Assembly (NCBI RefSeq): GCF_009914755.1
Contig: NC_060938.1
Length of the DNA: 64,000 bases
From: the human T2T-CHM13v2.0 reference genome, Homo sapiens
Direction: 5' to 3' (one strand)
This document shows, one piece after another, positions 53,795-64,000 of the stretch. Position 1 is the stretch's first letter; each line of letters starts with the position of its first letter. Both the position numbers and the translations under genes were made by a program. The notes beneath the pieces were generated by a model. That model had not been told where the DNA came from, did no database searches, and saw only the letters and a program-made list of their open reading frames with translations.

Positions 53795-55236
53795 CTTTCA
53801 CTTATTTCTTGGCTTTCATAGTTTTATCTCTGTCTTACACTGAAAATGTTGATTTCTAGCATCACTAATGTAATTATGGGTATATTCTCTTAAACAGTTC
53901 CCAAAAACAATATTGATATTACTGCAAACAGTTGGAACTTTGAATTGACCCATAGTCATTGCAGAAAGAAACAGCTGTTGACTTTATTTATTTATTTATT
54001 TTAGAGACAGTTCCATGCGATGTTGCCCAAGCTGGTCTTGAACTCCTGGGCTTAAATGATTCTCCTGCCTCAGCCTCCCAAGTAGCTGGGATTACAGGCA
54101 CGCACCACCATGCCTGGCTACTGTTGGCATTTTTATTGGGATCCTGTTACATTTTGCAAATATCTGAGGGAGGGCTGGCATCTTGTGATGTGTGCCTCCT
54201 CTAAGAGTATGCTATGACTATTTTCCAAGGCCACTTTCATGTCCTTTAAGGCTGTTTTTAAGTTTCCCTTGTAGGTTTTGCATGTCTCTTACTAAGCTAA
54301 TGCCTAGATAATCATTATCATCGCTCTTGTAAATAGAGTCTTTTCTTCCATTGTGTCTTCTAGTTATTAGTTGTTTATATGAAGGCTATTGAATTTGGGG
54401 GCCTTGCTTTCATAACCTGCTTCCTTACTGAATTACCTGATTGTTTGCATCAGTTTTTCAGTTGATTCTTTTGAATATTCAGGTATTAATTAGAGCATCT
54501 GCACATAATTTCACCTCTGTTTATAATTGTAAACTCACATGTCTTTCTCTCCAGTTGACTAATAAATTCAGTAAAACAATTTCAGTAAAATGTTACATAG
54601 TGGTGGTGAGAGTGGGCATACTTGTCTTGTTTCTGACATTAGTGGGAACGAGAGGCATGATTTTTAGCAACCGTTTATTATTTCATTCTGTGGATACCCC
54701 AGTTTTTCAGCTATTATAAATGATACTGTTCTGTTAATCTTTTGTTATCGTTGTTGTTCACATCTTTGAACCTTTCCTTAAGCTTGATGAAGGAGGTACT
54801 GGATCAAAGAGCAGGCATTTTCAAAAACCCTTAATAGATATTGTCTACACACTTTCCAGAGAGTAGCACCACATACAGAGTATGTGAGATGCCTGTCCAT
54901 CATACCTCTCCAATGCTGAGATCATGTAAAAGTTGTAGTTATTTGATAAGTAGAAAAAGGTATTTCATATTTTTATTTTTTTTTAACCAGTGAGGTTGAA
55001 TATAGCCCTCAGACCTGTTCATTGTAAGATTATTCTGAATTAATGCCTTCATTTAACATTTTTGGACTGGAAGGTGGAAGTGTTAAATAAAGAGACCTTT
55101 TTTTTTTAAGATACTTATAGGAAGAGTAAATTAATCATGGACTTGTTTTTTGAGGCCATTTTTAGAAAAGAAAAGACTAGGAGAAGTCAAAGTTATAGCA
55201 GAATAATGTAGGACTTATTATCGGCTAACTAACTAG

Positions 55237-55753
<517 letters not shown>

Positions 55754-56489
55754 TAACTGCCTACAAATGAATTATGCATATATTTACAGGAACTTTGGCT
55801 TCTTGCCTGTTAGTTGAAGAATAATAAAAATGGACTGTGCGGAAGTTATCGGAGTGCCTGCTGCTCTTCTAGTCAGCTTAGAAAGAGCCGCGCAGGGAAT
55901 CTCTGCTTTCATTAGTCTTTTCTTCTCTTGCATGTTTTGATTTTTGTGTCTTCTCGTGATTTGCCATGATATCTTAATGAGAGGACACAGTCCCTGGATT
56001 GCTGAGGCAGTTCACACTGGCCATCTGTGCTTCTCAGAGCAAGGGGAAGGTGTTCAGAGCGATGACCCAAGGTGGCCCTTGCCCTCAGGGAACCAGCGGG
56101 CCCGGAGTCACAGCGGTGTTCTAGCTTCAGCCCCTCTAAGCCACAGAGAGTTACCACCAGGGCCACTCCCTCTTCAGAACACTGGGGAGCCCGTTGCCTG
56201 TCAGACAGCCTGAGCCCAGCCAGCCAGCCCAGCCCCTCCAGGGTACCCCCTCTCCATGGCCCGGGGCTACACACATGACCTTGGCCGTTACTCCATGGTC
56301 AGTCTCAGCTCTCTCTGGGTGGCACCCATGGGGTTTAGTTTCCAGCTGCCAGCTGTAATCTCGGCTCATTACCGCACACAGAGACCACTTCTTGGACATT
56401 CCCGTCCTCTGTCTGGTCCAGCGCCCTGCTGCCTCTGCTCCTCAAGTGTTTCCTGAACTGCCCTGGCTCAAGCCGTCCTTATCTAAAAA

Positions 56490-56900
56490 AAAAAAATTTA
56501 AAAACTGAGGTGAAATACACATGTTAAAACATAATATTTATTATTTTAACCATTCATAAGTGTACAACTCGGTGGTATTAGATACATTCAAAATGCTGTA
56601 CACCCATCACTACTATCTCTACCCAAAACTTTTCATCATCCCCAACAAAAACTCCATTAAACAGTAAGTGGCTGTCTCCCCATTCTGCTTTCTGTCTCTA
56701 TGATTTTGCCCACAGTAGGAGCCTCTTAGAAGCGGAATCGTACAGTATCTGTCTTTCTGTGCCTGGCTTATTTCCCTAAACATAATATCTTCCAGGTCCC
56801 CCCACATTGTAGCACGTGCCAGACCCTCGCTCCCGTCGAAGGCTGATGCCATCCTTCAGTGATGTGTGGACGGACACATTCCGCGTATCCCCCAATCAGT
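56490..56900 (-). mobile_element. Old L1M 3' end fragment
   Basis: AAGTGTACAACTCGGTGGTATTAG...TCTGTGCCTGGCTTATTTC. Confidence 0.7.
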
Positions 56901-59561
56901 GGATGGACGCGTGGGTTGCAGAGCACGCCACACACATTCAGTCAGTACACGAGTTAACAGTTGCGTGCTTGTCTGCCTGTGTCATCCATTCGAGCATCTG
57001 CCAAGGACCCAGGAAACACACAGTGTGTCTCCTGAAGGAATGAAAAGCCCTCCTGGCCCCTCTGCCCTCTTTCTCCACCCTCTCCATTTTCACCGAGATG
57101 GTTGTGGTGTCACCTCTCGTGGGGTGGCCAAAACCCCAGCCAGGGCCACCTATCCCTTCACCTCCCTCCACCTCGGATTTCCTCTTGGAAAATGAGGCTC
57201 CTGACTCACTTGACCTACTGCGTAGGCTCCTAAAAGGGTGTCGGCAAGTTGGCAAGTTAAAAAAAAAAACAATCAGCATGAAAGCACTCCGATGTATGCA
57301 TACTTTTACTTCGCGTTGGTTCCCTACGTTCTTAGAACAAGGAAGGAGTGTGAGTACTTGCTTTGGATTGAAAGGTTTTCCAGACTAGCTGTAGGAAGTA
57401 TGAAAGTAACCAAGGTCTCACACACAGCCCCAGCACTCTGGGTGGATTTCACTTCATCTACTCCACTCACCTACGCTGAGCTTCCCTGTGGACAAGCTCG
57501 TCCATCCTCTTTAATCACTCCCAGGCCTCGCTCACACAGCAACAAGTGCCTGTCCCTGTGTCCTTGCTGTTGGCAAGCAGAAGTTCCCTGGCAGCCTTTG
57601 AACATAGCTGAATGTTAGGTATCTTTGATCTGTCTAAGGAAAAAGTCTATTTTAAACTGTGAAGTGAAGCCAATTTTTTTAGGTCAGATTCTTACCCAAC
57701 AAAGCATACATCATCCGTGCTCATATAGTTTCCAGTTTAAAAAAAAAAAAAAGTGCTGGCCAGCGCAGTGTGAGTGCACTGTGCACATGATGCCACTGTT
57801 CTCTAGGTTCAGAACACCAGCCTTCTGTTAATTACAATAAAATGTCTTCACTAAAATAGAAGCATATTTAATTTGCCTACAAAATTGCTTGGAGAGCCTT
57901 AAAAAATAAAACCTTCAGCTGAATGATGTAGAAATGAAAATTTGAAAGTTTTAATCAGAAATACTACCTAGAAATAAAATCAGTAGGATGTATTTACAGG
58001 TAGTTTGTTTTTAAGTAAAGAATAAAACAGTGACAGAGGGATCAAAGAATAAAGAATAATTCCTTTTCAAGCCAGGCACAGTGGTGTGCACCTGACTTCT
58101 CAGCTACCCACTAGGCTGAGGACGGGGAGAATCATGAGTTCAAGCCCAGCCTGGGCAAAATAGGGAGACCTTGTCTCCAAAAAAATATGAAATAATTGTT
58201 TCTTCATTATTGTCTAGTACATAGATTATTGTAGTTATAGCATTTGATGGGAGACCATATTGAGCACTGTGGCCTTTTTGGCCCATTGGGCTGTGGAAGG
58301 TATGCTAGGTGGGCTGGGCCCAGCAAAGCGCCCTTCCTTGGTCCTTGCTCAAGCCCTTCACAGGCAGCTGCAGTCTCAGGAAAGGTTCAGAATGTCACTG
58401 CGAGGCCAGCGTAGAAGGCAGGTAGGCATGTCACAGGAGGTGAGTGGAAGGCATCCACTCCTTAGCAAGTGCATCATGGGGGACCTGGAATGGGGTCTGT
58501 GTTCAGGGGAGAGGGAAATGCTGTTCTTGAGATGATTTGACAGCATATCCCTCTTAATTATGTGCTACCTGGAAGAGGTGTAAAGGGTAGCAAGGTGGTT
58601 TTGTAAGATCAGAATTGGGTGCAACTGCTTGATTCATTCATTCAGTACATTTGATGGAACACCTGCATGCCAGCCATTCTGTAGGAGCTGGACCAAGGAA
58701 GAGCTTGTGGTCCAAGCCACAGACCGGGAGGGAAGAGGAAGCCTGCCTGGATGAGGGTGGTCTAAGCCGAGATTCCTCAGGTGGCTCTGCTGCATCCCCA
58801 CGCCGCAGCTGAAGGGATCTTTCTGTTGGCAGATGGCCCATGTTTTTCCAGTGGGACAATGCCCACTGCTTCCTGCATTTTGCTCTGATGGCCGGAGCTG
58901 TATTTAGTTGTGTCCTGCCTCAGTCCCTCCCAAGCTGTCCACCTCAACTCAGCATGGGGAGCGCACTCCATATCTGACGCTGGCTTCTCTAAACGTGAGG
59001 GGATAGGGAGATGACATATATGCCCTTTTACGGGTGAGGAAAGGACCAGCGGGGATTTATTGAAGGCAGCCTCGCTCCCCATGCTGAGCGACAGCTCTGT
59101 CTAGCCCCTCCCTGAGCAGGTGATGAAAACCTGGCCCAGTGCGAGTGACATGGTTGCATTATGAGCCTCTTCTGGGTTGCATTTACTTAGAGTTTGTTTC
59201 ATCAGTGAGGAAAGTACTCTGGAGACCCAGTTGAACTCTGATAGCTTCAGTGAGCCTACAGACTCAATGCAAAGGTGACAGGCTTACAGGAGAAGGTCCA
59301 GGCGGTTCAAAATTGATTTGAGACAGGGAGTCAACCTCCTCTAATCTGTGTTGGTTCCATTTTCCATGCCTCATTTCAGCTAATTTTTGTTTGTGTTTTT
59401 TATGTACCTGATCTCATTTATCCAGATTTCCTTGGTTCAGACTTTCTTGGTTCTCATCACAGCCCTTTCTTTGTTCCTAGCCTGTGCCTAAGAGACAGTA
59501 TTCATTAAGGGATTCTCCCTGCAGTGACTTAATCTATATCTCTTTTTAAAAATTATTTTTA

Positions 59562-60180
59562 TGCCAGGTGCAGTGGCTCACGCCTATAATCCCAGTAATT
59601 TGGGAGACCAAGACGGGTGGATCCCTTGAGCCTAGGAGTTTGAGACCAGCCTGGACAACCTTGTCCCTACAAAAAATTTAAAAATTAGCCAGGCATGCTG
59701 GTGCACACCTGTAGTCCCAGATACTTGGGAGGCTGAGGTGGGGGGATCACTTGAGCTCAGGATGCTGAGGTTTCAGTGAGCTGTGATCGTGCCACTAGGT
59801 TCCAGGGTGGTAGAGTGAGACCCTGTCTCAAAAAATGTACGTATTTTTTTAAATCGTTACTTTAGGCCAGGCACGGTGGGTCATGCCTGTAATCCTAGAA
59901 CTTCGGGAGGCCGAGGCAGGCGGATCACCTGAGCTCAGGAGTTTGAGACCAGCCTGGGCAACAAGGCGAAACCCCGTGTCTACTAAAAGTTCAAAAAATT
60001 AGCCAGGCGTGATGGTGCATGCCTGTAATCTCAGCTACTCAGGAGGCTGAAGCACAAGAATTGCTTGAACCCAGGAGGCAGAGGTTGCAGTGAGCCAAGA
60101 TGGTGCCATTGCACTCCAGCCTGGGCAACAGAGCAAGACTCTAACTCAAAATAAAATAAAAATTAAAAATATATATAAAA
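59562..60180 (+). mobile_element. Two tandem sense Alus (~59562-59835, ~59865-60180)
   Basis: Alu bodies with A-rich tails. Confidence 0.92.
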
Positions 60181-60264
60181 TAAAATTGTCACTTTTAATT
60201 ACTCTGAAAGTAATGTATGCTTGTTTTAGCAATACCAAAAAAAAAAAAAAGGGAAATTTTAGAA

Positions 60265-60950
60265 ATAAAAAACATCCATATGATCCTACAGCCTTACTGC
60301 TGGGTATATATCCAAAAGAAAGAAAATCAGTATATCACAGGGGCACCTGCACTGCCATGTTTGTTGCAGCATCGCTCACAATAGCCAAGAAATGAAATCA
60401 ACCTAAGTGTCAATCAGTGGATGAATGACTAAACAAAATGTAGGACATATAGACAATGGAATATTATTCAGCCATAAGAAAGAATAGAAACCTGTCATTT
60501 GCAGCAACATGGATGGAACCAGAGGTGATTGTGTTACGTGAAATAAGCCAGGCACAGAGAGACAAATACCATGTGATCTTACTCATGTGGGAGGTAAAAA
60601 AATAATGGATCTCATGGAGGTAGAGAGGAGAATGGTGGTTACCAGAGGCTGGGAAGGGAAGATAGGGAGAGAGGGTGGTTAAGGGCTGCAAAAATACAGT
60701 CAGAAGGAATAAGTTCTAGAATTCAAGAGTACAGTAGGGGAATTGTAGTTAACAATAATTTATTATATATTTCAAAGTAGCTGGAAGAGAAGAATTGTAA
60801 TGTTTCCAACACAAAGAAAAGATACATGCTGGAGGTGATAGGTATCCCAGTTACTCTGACCTGGTCATTACACATTGTTAACAGGCATCAAAATATCACA
60901 TGTCCCCTCCAAATCTGCACAACTATTATATATCAATTTTAAAAAAGAAA
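60265..60950 (+). mobile_element. L1MA-like 3' end
   Basis: CTGCTGGGTATATATCCAAAAGAAAG...GTTAACAATAATTTATTATATATTTCAAA. Confidence 0.8.
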
Positions 60951-61179
60951 AACTCATACCCATACCACCCAATGATGACACTGTGGATATTTGGGGAGTG
61001 ATTCTTCCTATGATCATTTTATTTCTGATTACACACTGCCTCTTTCACTTATATTTTCATTTTATACATTTATAAGTATTTCTGATGGATATGTAATATT
61101 TCACTAGGTATGTGGGATAATCCCTTTGGCATTAAAGTAGTTTCCAGTATTTTAGAACCATAAATAAAACATGATGCCC

Positions 61180-62535
<1,356 letters not shown>

Positions 62536-62559
62536 TAAAAAAAAAAAAAAAAAAAAAAA

Positions 62560-62811
62560 GGAGCAAAGGCAGGCAGATCACTTGAGCTCAAGAGTTTGAG
62601 ACCAGCCCGGACAACGTGGTGAAACTCCATCTCTACTAAAAATACAAAAACTAGCTGGTTGCATGTGCCTGTGGTCCCAGCTACTCGGGAGGCTGAGGTG
62701 AGAGGATTGCTTGAGCCCAGAGGGTCAAGGCTGCAGTGAGCCAAGATCATGCCACTACACTCCAGCCTGGGTGACAGAGCAAGACCCTCCCTGTCTCTAA
62801 CAATAAAAATA
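62560..62811 (+). mobile_element. 5'-truncated AluJ-like element
   Basis: Alu body starting mid-left arm after an A24 run; short tail AACAATAAAAATA. Confidence 0.85.
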
Positions 62812-62916
62812 GTGCTCGCTTCAGCAGCACATAAACTAAAATTGGAATGATACAGAGATTAGCACAGCCCCTGCGCAAGGATGACATGCAAATTCGTGAA
62901 GCAGTTGCATATTTTT
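62812..62916 (+). pseudogene. U6 snRNA retrocopy (RNU6 pseudogene)
   Basis: GTGCTCGCTTCAGCAGCACATAAACTAAAATTGGAATGATACAGAG---ATTAGC...AAGGATGACATGCAAATTCGTGAAGC...CATATTTTT is a full-length U6 with several substitutions and a 3-nt deletion after the ACAGAG box. No U6 PSE/TATA promoter is evident upstream (an Alu lies there). Confidence 0.95.

Positions 62917-64000
<1,084 letters not shown>

Noticed and set aside
55780-56460. GC-richer intronic patch with an ETS-like CGGAAGT and several 66-120 aa ORFs
   Set aside because: There is no convincing splice-site pair or recognisable peptide. An enhancer is possible but cannot be supported from sequence alone.
62812-62916. Functional U6 snRNA gene
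   Set aside because: There is no upstream PSE/TATA, the sequence has a deletion beside the ACAGAGA box plus CpG-decay substitutions, and it is fused to L1.

Overview
This is primate (human-like) genomic DNA, rich in Alu, L1 and MaLR repeats. It contains the 5' end of PPP2R5C (PP2A B56-gamma regulatory subunit) on the + strand. A CpG-island promoter at ~19.9-22.3 kb is followed by three coding exons of the long-N-terminus isoform (21632-21658, 22643-22708, 45603-45768), which encode MPNKNKKEK-ESPKAGKSG...-QISVRKNS...RELQKLPSLK; the gene continues past the window. Upstream lie an MST MaLR provirus, a full-length dead L1PA on the minus strand whose antisense ORF0-like frame is still open, and an old L1M carrying two LTR insertions. 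Intron 2 contains candidate cryptic exons and a second CpG island fused to a 1.1 kb polypyrimidine tract. Intron 3 contains a U6 snRNA/L1 chimeric retrocopy. Almost all ORFs in the supplied track are repeat-derived or low-complexity artefacts. I see no wholly new biological system. The best leads are the U6/L1 chimera, the ORF0 frame, the promoter VNTRs, the self-complementary 5'UTR triplet repeats and the candidate poison exon. Gene and repeat-subfamily names are recalled from memory, not from database searches.
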